28,042 bases of DNA. It comes from Thermotogota bacterium (GTDB lineage Bacteria; Thermotogota; Thermotogae; Petrotogales; Kosmotogaceae). The notes beneath the pieces are model-generated. The model had not been told where the DNA came from, did no database searches, and was given only the letters and a program-made list of their open reading frames with translations. Position 1 is the stretch's first letter. Each line of letters starts with the position of its first letter. Location of the stretch: the NCBI GenBank assembly GCA_034660555.1, contig JAYEJL010000006.1, positions 1 through 28,042 on the forward strand, written 5' to 3'. The position numbers and the translations under genes are program-made. Below are positions 20,131 through 28,042 of the stretch, piece after piece.

Positions 20131-21162
20131 ATCAATTCAAATAATACAAGTATCACCAGATCCATAATATTATTGATAGCAGTTATTGTTATTGGAGTAG
20201 TTGGCTATAGCATCATTCAGGACTGGGATCCCCTCCAATCCTTTTTTATGACAATTATTACCATTTCAACTGTGGGGTATGGTACCCCAGAAGACTTAAC
20301 AATAGCAGGTGAAATATTTACCAGTATTTTGATTCTTGCCAGCTTGACAGTTGTATTATACGCGCTATCCAATATTACTGCATTTTTTGTTGAAGGAAGA
20401 GTAAATCAGGTACTTAGGAGGCGAAGATTCTTGAAAAAAATTGAGAAATTCAAAGAACATTATATAATTGTCGGTTCAGGTATGCTTGGCAGAAACATAT
20501 GTCGCGAACTACTGAAAATGGGTGAAAATGTCGTTGTTGTAGATAACAATGAAGAATTGATAAAACATCTTGAAGAATCAGATCAGCCAGGTAATGGTGA
20601 AGTAGTCTATTTGCTTGGGGATGCAACTAATGAAGAGGTTTTGGAAAATGCTGGTGTGAAAAAGGCAATGGGTCTCATTACAACTCTTCCTAGCGATGCC
20701 GACAATGTTTTTGTTGTACTTACAGCAAGAAGCCTGAATAAAGACTTAAATATTATTTCAGAAGTTACCGATCCCACAAACATGAAAAAGCTTGAATATG
20801 CTGGAGTAAGCAGGACTATCCCGCTTCCCGAAATAGGAGCTCACAGAATTGTAAATATGCTTCTCAATCCTGATATCGTAGGATTTCTCGACTCTATAAA
20901 CAGATCAGGTGGTCTTGAGCTTCGATTTGAGAAGATAGATATTCCTGATAATTTTCCTACTAATGGGTTAACCCTTGAAAAAATGAAAATTCCTCAAAGA
21001 GCTGGACTTATTGTGATTGCCGTTTCTGATGGATCTCAAAGCATTTTTAATCCCAGCGCATCAACGGTAATCAAAAAAGGATATTCTATTATGGTTCTTG
21101 GAGAATACAGCAAAATCGAAAAACTTAGAAACCTTGTTAGTTCTGGAGAACTAGCTACTTGA
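20131..21162 (+). CDS. 2-TM potassium channel with TrkA-N/RCK and RCK-C domains (start uncertain)
   Basis: TISTVGYG selectivity filter, HYIIVGSGMLG, GDAT, DADNVFVVLTARSLN. Frame is open from ATC 20131 behind SD GGGGGTGA; first canonical start is TTG 20173. Confidence 0.88.
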   Translation: MNSNNTSITRSIILLIAVIVIGVVGYSIIQDWDPLQSFFMTIITISTVGYGTPEDLTIAGEIFTSILILASLTVVLYALSNITAFFVEGRVNQVLRRRRFLKKIEKFKEHYIIVGSGMLGRNICRELLKMGENVVVVDNNEELIKHLEESDQPGNGEVVYLLGDATNEEVLENAGVKKAMGLITTLPSDADNVFVVLTARSLNKDLNIISEVTDPTNMKKLEYAGVSRTIPLPEIGAHRIVNMLLNPDIVGFLDSINRSGGLELRFEKIDIPDNFPTNGLTLEKMKIPQRAGLIVIAVSDGSQSIFNPSASTVIKKGYSIMVLGEYSKIEKLRNLVSSGELAT

Positions 21163-21831
21163 ATCATTTTTTTCAAGATACTCGACCAGTGCTATAAAAT
21201 TGAAGAATAGCATACTGCCATGATTTATCTTCTTTCCATCATCTTTTTCAGGATGAAATTGAAAGCCATAGATGTATTTTTCTTTATGTTTGATTATCTG
21301 TATCGTTCCATCAGTATCAGTAGCAAGGAGTTCAAAACCTTCTGGAATATCAGCCAGAGCGTAAAGATGGTTTTCCCAGACATTGCACTTCTCGGAAACA
21401 CCTATAAATATAATGTCTTCTTTTACCACATCTAAAATGTTCCATTTGCGCTCTTCATCAAATTTTAATTCAACATCGTAAGCTTTTCCAATAATCTGAC
21501 ATCCTAGACAAATTCCCAATACTGGTTCGTTTGTTTTTTTTATTAACTCAACTCCGATAAGTTCTTCATTATTCCCATCAAAATAGTTGAGAAAACTGGA
21601 CCCTCCACCTACAATTAAAGCTGAATAATCGTCAGCTTCAGGAAATTCACCCTGGAAGGTTTTATAGAGAGTATAAGGAATTTCATTTTTCTTAAGAAAC
21701 TTTTCCATCGGAGATAGATTCTCTCCATAATCTGGGTTGTTCAAAAGTAGCGCCAGTGGTGTTTCAAGTGCAAATATTGAATTGAACAAAACTACAAAAA
21801 TTATAAAAGCTAATAATGTTCTTAAATTCAT
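21151..21831 (-). CDS. class I glutamine amidotransferase-like protein with N-terminal signal peptide
   Basis: PVLGICLGCQ nucleophile elbow, YGFQFHPE; start ATG 21831 after GGGGTG; MNLRTLLAFIIFVVLFNSIFA. Confidence 0.85.
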   Translation of the reverse strand: MNLRTLLAFIIFVVLFNSIFALETPLALLLNNPDYGENLSPMEKFLKKNEIPYTLYKTFQGEFPEADDYSALIVGGGSSFLNYFDGNNEELIGVELIKKTNEPVLGICLGCQIIGKAYDVELKFDEERKWNILDVVKEDIIFIGVSEKCNVWENHLYALADIPEGFELLATDTDGTIQIIKHKEKYIYGFQFHPEKDDGKKINHGSMLFFNFIALVEYLEKNDSSS

Positions 21832-21836
21832 GAAAC

Positions 21837-21865
21837 TTGACACCCCCAAACCTTGATGATAAACT
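21837..21865 (+). promoter_or_regulatory. sigma70 promoter of tRNA-Leu
   Basis: TTGACA-17 nt-TAAACT with extended TG, 13 nt before the tRNA. Confidence 0.8.
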
Positions 21866-21878
21866 ATCTATGCCAGTA

Positions 21879-21965
21879 GCCGAGGTGGCGGAATTGGCAG
21901 ACGCGCATGATTCAGGTTCATGTGAGCGCAAGCTTGTGCGGGTTCAAGTCCCGCCCTCGGCACCA
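21879..21965 (+). tRNA. tRNA-Leu (anticodon CAG)
   Basis: Acceptor GCCGAGG/CCTCGGC-A-CCA; anticodon arm CATGA-TTCAGGT-TCATG; long variable arm; GGTTCAAGTCC T-arm. Confidence 0.96.
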
Positions 21966-21973
21966 GCAAAACG

Positions 21974-22008
21974 GGGATAGCAAAATCAACTATCCCTTTT
22001 TATTTTTT
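21974..22008 (+). terminator. intrinsic terminator after tRNA-Leu (possibly bidirectional, also serving hutH)
   Basis: GGGATAG-9 nt-CTATCCC followed by TTTTTATTTTTT. Confidence 0.75.
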
Positions 22009-22072
22009 CTTGATAATGCAGTAAAGAATCAACATCAAATCGCTCTTAACTTCTTCTCTTAATAACATAAAT

Positions 22073-23560
22073 TCAAAGATTTGCCTTATTCAGTAAAAAT
22101 TCACTTACAATTTCAAAGTCCCTACCAAAGTATCTGTCACCGGCATCCTCCGGTAAGAGATCGGCCAACTCACCACAAAGCTCATCTAAAATATTACTGG
22201 ATTTCATAGGTTTCCTAAACTGTATAGCTCTGTAAGAAAGCATTAATTCTATCGCGATTATTTTTTTCCAATTTTCATATATTCTATCAAGTTTAATTGC
22301 TCCCCATGCACCCATACTCACATGATCTTCTTGAAATCCTGAAGTTGGTATACTATCAGCTGATGCTGGATGTGCAAGTGTTTTATTCTCCGAGGACAAT
22401 GCAGCTGCCGTATATTGCCATAACATATATCCCGAATTTAACCCTTCAGGTCCCTTTGTGAGAAACGCAGGAAAGTCATTAAGTTTTGGGTTCACCAATC
22501 TATCAATTCTTCTTTCGATCATATTTCCCATATCTGTTAAAGCGATGGACAGAAAATCATATACAAGAGCAAGCGGTTCACCATGAAAATTACCACAGGA
22601 AATGACATCACCATTTTCAAATACTAACGGATTGTCTGTGGCAGAGTTAATTTCAATTTCTAAAGTGTTATACACATGGAACAAAGTATCATAAAAAGCA
22701 CCATATACCTGTGGTATTGCACGTAGAGTATATGGATCCTGTACTCTATCACAATCCAAATGTGAACTTCGAATTTCACTGTTTTTTAGCGCTTTTCTTA
22801 GTTCATCAGCTACAATTCTTTGTCCTTGATGCTTTCTGGCATTCTGCACCCTTTCATCAAAGGGTGATGTGCTGCCTTCAAGTGCATCAACCGATAATGC
22901 CGCGACCTTTATCGCTTCAAAAAACAGCCTATATACTGCGTAAGCTACACAGGAACCAATTCCAGCCATAAAAGCAGTCCCATTTACAAGACTTAAACCT
23001 TCCTTGGCTTTGAGAGTTAACGGCTCTATGTTATTCATTTTCAGAGCTTGTAATGTATCTATTAATTCGCCCTGATAAAATACCTGTCCTTCTCCAATTA
23101 ATGACATGGCTATATGAGATAAAGGCGAGAGATCGCCACTAGCTCCAACAGAACCCTGCGTAGGGACATATGGACATATCCCTTTGTTAATATAATCTAT
23201 GAGCCTTTTAACAACTATTGATCTTATGCCAGAATATCCTTTACACAAGCTGTTTGCTCTAATAAGCATTACAGCCTTTACATACTCAACTTTGAGAGGC
23301 TCTCCCACACCAGCTGCATGTGACTTAACAATGTTTTCCTGCAGCTGTTCAATTTCTTCCTTTTCTACTCGTTTATTCTCAAGTACCCCAAACCCTGTAT
23401 TAACACCATAAATAATCTTTTTTTCAATATCCTTGTCTAGTCTTTTTCTGGACTCATTCAAAATTGAAAGGGTTTCTTCTGATATGTTAACCTTTTCACC
23501 TTTGAATGCGACATTGTAGACATCTTTTATAGTAAGGTTATTACCGTCGATTATGACCAA
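22073..23560 (-). CDS. hutH: histidine ammonia-lyase
   Basis: YGVNTGFG, SHAAGVG (SH specificity pair), GSVGASGDL (MIO), KEGLSLVNGT, QDPYTLR, GNFHGEP, QEDHVSMG; TTG start after GGAGG. Confidence 0.95.
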   Translation of the reverse strand: MVIIDGNNLTIKDVYNVAFKGEKVNISEETLSILNESRKRLDKDIEKKIIYGVNTGFGVLENKRVEKEEIEQLQENIVKSHAAGVGEPLKVEYVKAVMLIRANSLCKGYSGIRSIVVKRLIDYINKGICPYVPTQGSVGASGDLSPLSHIAMSLIGEGQVFYQGELIDTLQALKMNNIEPLTLKAKEGLSLVNGTAFMAGIGSCVAYAVYRLFFEAIKVAALSVDALEGSTSPFDERVQNARKHQGQRIVADELRKALKNSEIRSSHLDCDRVQDPYTLRAIPQVYGAFYDTLFHVYNTLEIEINSATDNPLVFENGDVISCGNFHGEPLALVYDFLSIALTDMGNMIERRIDRLVNPKLNDFPAFLTKGPEGLNSGYMLWQYTAAALSSENKTLAHPASADSIPTSGFQEDHVSMGAWGAIKLDRIYENWKKIIAIELMLSYRAIQFRKPMKSSNILDELCGELADLLPEDAGDRYFGRDFEIVSEFLLNKANL

Positions 23561-23575
23561 GAAAGACCCTCCATA

Positions 23576-24310
23576 CTAACGAACAGTTTCCAGTCCGGGA
23601 ATTCTAAGCTTCTTTTCAACCTTGCCAAAAAACCATGTAAACAGTAGAACTATTACAAGATACATCAAAGCAACAATCAAATATACCTTAAAAAACTGGA
23701 AATTTCTGCTGGCTATAAACTTTGCCTGCGTCATTAATTCAGGAGCACCCACAATATATGCTAAAGATGTGTATTTCAAAAGATAAATAAATTCGTTTGT
23801 CCATGAAGGAATCACCTTTCTCAATGCTTGAGGAAGCATTATACTTATAATTGATTGAATCCTGGTCATTCCCAGGGATCTGGCAGCTGTCATTTGATTA
23901 CTTTCAATAGATTGAAACGAACCACGTAAATATTCAGCCTGATAGGCAGCACTGTTGATAGTAAAACCAATTATTGCAGCTGTAAAGGGTGTCAGGTTTA
24001 TTCCATAAGGAGGGAGTCCGAAATACAAAATGAATAACTGGACAAGTAACGGTGTTCCTCTAATTATCTCAATAAACACCATAACTATAAAAGAAAAAGG
24101 CTCCGGTCCATAAACCTTAATCAAAGCCAAAAATATACCTATGACAAAACCTATTGCTACAGCCAAAAGCGTCATCTGCAAAGTAACACCAAGGCCTTCA
24201 ATTAACACTTTCCAATGTTTTGAAAAAATATTTATTAACTCTTGTGAAAATACAGTGAGTTCTTGAATTTTACTTATGAATGATCTAAATAAGTCATTAA
24301 ACAACTCCAC
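23576..24310 (-). CDS. polar amino acid ABC transporter permease
   Basis: IRGTPLLVQLF, SAAYQAE, AARSLGM, LPQA, LLKYTSLA. Confidence 0.93.
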   Translation of the reverse strand: MELFNDLFRSFISKIQELTVFSQELINIFSKHWKVLIEGLGVTLQMTLLAVAIGFVIGIFLALIKVYGPEPFSFIVMVFIEIIRGTPLLVQLFILYFGLPPYGINLTPFTAAIIGFTINSAAYQAEYLRGSFQSIESNQMTAARSLGMTRIQSIISIMLPQALRKVIPSWTNEFIYLLKYTSLAYIVGAPELMTQAKFIASRNFQFFKVYLIVALMYLVIVLLFTWFFGKVEKKLRIPGLETVR

Positions 24311-25077
24311 TACTCTTCACCTTCACCGTAAAGTTCTGTTAGCCTGAATAAGAATTCCTTTGTGCGGGGCACTTTAGGATTCTTAAAGAGCTGTTCCGGA
24401 TTTCCTTGCTCCACTATAACACCCTTTTCCATGAAGATTATTTCATGAGAAACAGTACGTGCAAAACCCATTTCATGAGTTACTACCAGCATGGTCATTC
24501 CACTTTTTGCAAGATCTTTCATAACTCCGAGAACTTCTCCAATCAACTCTGGATCAAGCGCTGAAGTGGGTTCATCAAATAGAATAATCTCCGGATCCAT
24601 GGCAAGTGCTCTGGCAATACCAACACGCTGTTTCTGCCCGCCAGATAATTGCGCTGGATATTTTTTCATCTGATCTTCAAGGCCCACACGGACGAGTTTC
24701 TCTTTTGCAATTTTTTCAGCTTCTTTTTTATTCAAACCTTTAACTTTTGTCAGACCAATCATCACATTTCTCAATGCTGTCAAATGATTAAACAATCCAA
24801 AATCCTGGAAAACAAAACCAATTCTTTGCCTTATCTTATTAAGATCTTTCACTCTGGTTACATCTACCCCTCTGAGTAAAATCTCTCCTCCATCTGGTTG
24901 CACCAGCATGTTTATACAGGAAAGAAGCGTACTTTTTCCAGTTCCGCTGGGTCCAATAATGACCTTCGTCTCTCCTTCTTTAACATCGAAACTGACATCC
25001 TTCAGCACAACCTTTTTATTGAAATTCTTTCTTAGATTTTTTACTCTAAGTAGAACCACTTCATTGTTATCAGTCAT
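24310..25077 (-). CDS. polar amino acid ABC transporter ATP-binding protein (GlnQ-like)
   Basis: [38 protein letters not shown]. Confidence 0.95.
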   Translation of the reverse strand: MTDNNEVVLLRVKNLRKNFNKKVVLKDVSFDVKEGETKVIIGPSGTGKSTLLSCINMLVQPDGGEILLRGVDVTRVKDLNKIRQRIGFVFQDFGLFNHLTALRNVMIGLTKVKGLNKKEAEKIAKEKLVRVGLEDQMKKYPAQLSGGQKQRVGIARALAMDPEIILFDEPTSALDPELIGEVLGVMKDLAKSGMTMLVVTHEMGFARTVSHEIIFMEKGVIVEQGNPEQLFKNPKVPRTKEFLFRLTELYGEGEE

Positions 25078-25730
25078 CGTATTCTCTCCCTTGTTGAAAA
25101 ACCGGGTATTTCCAATCTTTTCTCAAGACTTCCAATTCCTCTGTTCACAACAAGTGTTATGAAAAGATATATTCCAGCAACGGTAAGATAAATCAACATC
25201 GGTTCATATTGAGTTGAAATTATGTATCTACCCTGTCGAAGTAATTCAGTTACTCCCAGAGCAAACGCAAATGAAGAATCCTTCAAAACTATTGTAAACT
25301 CGTTAGTCCAGGGAGGTAAAGCAACTCTAGCAGCTTGAGGAAGTACCACATATCTGAAACCTTCAAAACTTGTCATGCCCAGTGACCTGGCTGCTCTCAT
25401 TTGTGTTGTGCTAACAGACTGTATTGCTCCCCGGAATATTTGAGACTGGTATGCAGAACTCCTAATTCCAAGTCCAATGAAACAAGCTACAAAGGGCGAA
25501 AAACGTATTCCGACTTCCGGAAAACCGTAAAAAACCAAAAATAGTATCACAAGTCCTGGTATACTCCTTACCACCCTTTCATATCCACCGATAATACTTT
25601 TAATCAATTTATTTCCATACACCTGACCAAAAGAAAAGGGCAGGGCTATAATTAGCCCCAGCCCTAGAGAAAGAAAGGTTATTTTTAATGTTACCCAGGT
25701 TCCTGCCAGCAATGCTGGAAATGAATTCAC
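25074..25730 (-). CDS. polar amino acid ABC transporter permease (start may be slightly upstream)
   Basis: [32 protein letters not shown]. Confidence 0.92.
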   Translation of the reverse strand: MNSFPALLAGTWVTLKITFLSLGLGLIIALPFSFGQVYGNKLIKSIIGGYERVVRSIPGLVILFLVFYGFPEVGIRFSPFVACFIGLGIRSSAYQSQIFRGAIQSVSTTQMRAARSLGMTSFEGFRYVVLPQAARVALPPWTNEFTIVLKDSSFAFALGVTELLRQGRYIISTQYEPMLIYLTVAGIYLFITLVVNRGIGSLEKRLEIPGFSTRERIR

Positions 25731-25785
25731 TATAATCTCAAATTTTTCGATATCGTTATCTTCCCTTCACCTGTAAAAAATAGTA

Positions 25786-26511
25786 TTACTTAAAGTATAT
25801 ACCTATTAGTTCATCCATTTTGCCTGATTCTCTAACCTTCTCAAGCCCTGCATTTAATTTCTCAAGTAGCTCCGTATTGCCTTCTCTTACTGCAATGCCA
25901 TATTCTTCATATGTTTTAATAATGCCAACTATCTTTACCGGTCTAATTTTTGCATATCTTTCTGCAACTGGTTCATCAAGGACCACGCCATCAACATTAC
26001 CATTAACAAGATCGGTCATTGCAAGAACAAATGTCTCATACCTTTTAAACTGTCCTTCCAATATTCCTGTGTTAACAAGATTTTCTTCAACCCAGATATC
26101 GCCGGTAGTTCCCGTTTGTGCTCCAATCTTGTTGTCACCAAATAGAACTGTCAAATTTTTCTCAGTATCTTCTTTTACAACTACACTCTGGTCGGCTGTC
26201 CAGTAGGGATCAGTGAAATCTACCGCATCTTCTCTCTCTTCAGTTATTGTCATCCCAGCTATAACGATATCAAGATTTCCCGTCATCAGAGCAGCTATAA
26301 GAGAATCAAAGCTCATATCAACAATCTCTATTTCTATATCTGCCTCATCCGCAATAGCCCTTATAAGATCCATATCGAATCCAACATACTCTCCATTTTC
26401 AACATATTCAAAGGGTGGGAAATCAGCACTGGTACCTACTTTGTAAGTCTTTGCAAGCCCAAAACTGATTGAAACCAGGATTACAAGAGATATAACCACT
26501 AATTTCTTCAT
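25786..26511 (-). CDS. basic amino acid ABC transporter substrate-binding protein (family 3)
   Basis: Signal peptide, VGTSADFPPFEY, GFDMDL, AGMTITEER, VDFTDPY, QTGTTG. Confidence 0.95.
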   Translation of the reverse strand: MKKLVVISLVILVSISFGLAKTYKVGTSADFPPFEYVENGEYVGFDMDLIRAIADEADIEIEIVDMSFDSLIAALMTGNLDIVIAGMTITEEREDAVDFTDPYWTADQSVVVKEDTEKNLTVLFGDNKIGAQTGTTGDIWVEENLVNTGILEGQFKRYETFVLAMTDLVNGNVDGVVLDEPVAERYAKIRPVKIVGIIKTYEEYGIAVREGNTELLEKLNAGLEKVRESGKMDELIGIYFK

Positions 26512-26581
26512 ATTTTCACCTCCATATTTTTGTCTGATAGTAACCCCAAAAAAATCTATATAAAAATCTGTTACTATTCTT

Positions 26582-26609
26582 ATTATACTAAATGCAACAC
26601 TTTTATCAA
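26582..26609 (-). promoter_or_regulatory. candidate sigma70 promoter of the amino-acid ABC-hutH operon
   Basis: TTGATA-16 nt-TATAAT on the minus strand. Confidence 0.55.
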
Positions 26610-26641
26610 AAAAAGCTGATATATTTCTTAGGGTGATGTAT

Positions 26642-27712
26642 ATGAAAGTAGGTATAGCTTTAAGCGGTGGAGTGGATAGCGCATCTGCTGCAATAGATCT
26701 TATGAATGAAGGTTATGAAGTTACAGCTTACCATATGAAAACAATTCCAGATGAAACATTCAAAATCTTTCCAGAGAAAACCAAAGTATGTTGCAGCCCG
26801 TCAGATACGCTTGATGCAATGAAAATAGCTGATATTCTCGGGATTGAACTTAAAATTATAGATATAAAGAATTTCTTTGAGAAGAATATTATTAATTATT
26901 TTGTTGAAGAATATTTAGTTGGTCGAACCCCCAATCCCTGTGTTGTATGCAATGATGTTGTAAAATTTGGAAAATTAATGAATACCGCGCTTGAAGATGG
27001 AATGGATATGTTTTCCAGCGGTCATTACGCTAAAATAATCAACTCAGATGCTTTTGGCTATGTTATTTTAAGAGGAAAATCAAAACAAAAAGATCAGAGC
27101 TATTTTCTTTCAAGAATAAAAAAACATAAATTAGAAAGAATTATGTTTCCCAACGGAGCGAAAACAAAGCAGGAGATTAGAAAATTAGCAGAACAATCCA
27201 ATCTTCCTATCCATAGAAAAGAAGAGAGTCAGGAAATTTGTTTTATTCCAGATAATGACTACAGACGTTTTCTCAATGACAGAAACATTAAGCCAAAAGC
27301 AGGAAATATAGTTGATGAAAATGGCAAAATACTGGGGAAACATAAAGGATTGCCTTTTTATACCATAGGACAAAGAAAGGGGCTTGGTATAACCTCTGTA
27401 GAAAAACTTTATGTAATAGAATTTGATTATGAAAACAATCTCATTATTGTGGGACCCAGGGAAAAAACAATGAATAAACATTTTACTATAAATCATTTAA
27501 ATTGGTTTGTAGATGAACCGCAAAAACTTGAACTGAAGTGCATGATTAGAAGTTCCATGAGTGCTGTTCCATGCGAAATAAAAGTGCTTACAGAAAAAAC
27601 AGAAATTATATTTGAAGAACCTGCATCTGCTATCACCCCCGGACAACTGGCAGTGCTGTATCATAAGGAATATGTGATCGGGAGTGGCTTTATTTCCGAG
27701 ATAATCGAATAA
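26642..27712 (+). CDS. mnmA: tRNA 2-thiouridine(34) synthase
   Basis: ALSGGVDS PP-loop, TPNPCVVCN, SGHYA, KDQSYFL, ESQEICF, YTIGQRKGLG, ITPGQ; start ATG 26642 after GGGTGA. Confidence 0.97.
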   Translation: MKVGIALSGGVDSASAAIDLMNEGYEVTAYHMKTIPDETFKIFPEKTKVCCSPSDTLDAMKIADILGIELKIIDIKNFFEKNIINYFVEEYLVGRTPNPCVVCNDVVKFGKLMNTALEDGMDMFSSGHYAKIINSDAFGYVILRGKSKQKDQSYFLSRIKKHKLERIMFPNGAKTKQEIRKLAEQSNLPIHRKEESQEICFIPDNDYRRFLNDRNIKPKAGNIVDENGKILGKHKGLPFYTIGQRKGLGITSVEKLYVIEFDYENNLIIVGPREKTMNKHFTINHLNWFVDEPQKLELKCMIRSSMSAVPCEIKVLTEKTEIIFEEPASAITPGQLAVLYHKEYVIGSGFISEIIE

Positions 27713-27741
27713 TTGTAAGCACGCATTAACTGTGATAAAAT
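27713..27741 (+). promoter_or_regulatory. sigma70 promoter of tRNA-Pro
   Basis: TTGTAA-17 nt-TAAAAT with extended TG, 9 nt before the tRNA. Confidence 0.65.
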
Positions 27742-27750
27742 CATTGAAGC

Positions 27751-27826
27751 CAGGGGATAGTTCAGCTGGAAGAACGCTGGTTTCGGGAATCAGAGGTCCG
27801 GGGTTCAAATCCCCGTCCCCTGACCA
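27751..27826 (+). tRNA. tRNA-Pro (anticodon CGG)
   Basis: Acceptor CAGGGGA/TCCCCTG-A-CCA; anticodon arm CTGGT-TTCGGGA-ATCAG; GGTTCAAATCC T-arm. Confidence 0.95.
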
Positions 27827-27827
27827 A

Positions 27828-27864
27828 AAATACCCGTGACATATGTCGCGGGTATTTCTTATTT
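27828..27864 (+). terminator. intrinsic terminator after tRNA-Pro
   Basis: AAATACCCGTGAC-ATAT-GTCGCGGGTATTT followed by CTTATTT. Confidence 0.8.
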
Positions 27865-27966
27865 ATTAACACTTAACAAACAAAAAGCTAATGAGAATTC
27901 TTCGTTAGTAAAATTTAATGTGAGACTCTCTATATCACTTCTATACTTTATTAATAAAGGGATATC

Positions 27967-27982
27967 ATTAAGTTAACTTAAT
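27967..27982. promoter_or_regulatory. perfect 16-bp palindrome, candidate operator
   Basis: ATTAAGTTAACTTAAT immediately upstream of an SD (GAGGAGTGA, 27988-27996) for a gene cut off by the window end. Confidence 0.4.
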
Positions 27983-28042
27983 TAAATGAGGAGTGATAAA
28001 ATTGTTGTGTCAAGTACCTGCTGTAAAAATGACCCGAATCCT

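Overview
AT-rich bacterial chromosomal window, most likely Thermotogota (inferred from the dnaX-ybaB-gap gene order, GGTGA-type ribosome-binding sites and protein character). Intact core and metabolic genes are gap (partial), ybaB, dnaX, a methyltransferase/membrane protein/MFS/FAD-reductase operon, a COG2984-type ABC importer, a membrane pyrophosphatase, a UvrD/PcrA helicase, a K+ channel, a signal-peptide-bearing class I amidotransferase, a polar amino-acid ABC importer with hutH, mnmA, tRNA-Leu(CAG) and tRNA-Pro(CGG). Two things are not visible in the ORF track. (1) A complete ribosome-mediated transcription attenuator lies in front of the ABC importer: promoter, SD, 25-aa leader peptide with an F-x-x-F-Y-W-Y cluster, competing hairpins and an intrinsic terminator, suggesting joint Phe/Tyr/Trp sensing. 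(2) Gene decay is selective: the whole DUF1175/alpha-2-macroglobulin/metallopeptidase operon and a ferritin gene are broken by nonsense and frameshift lesions while all neighbours are intact.
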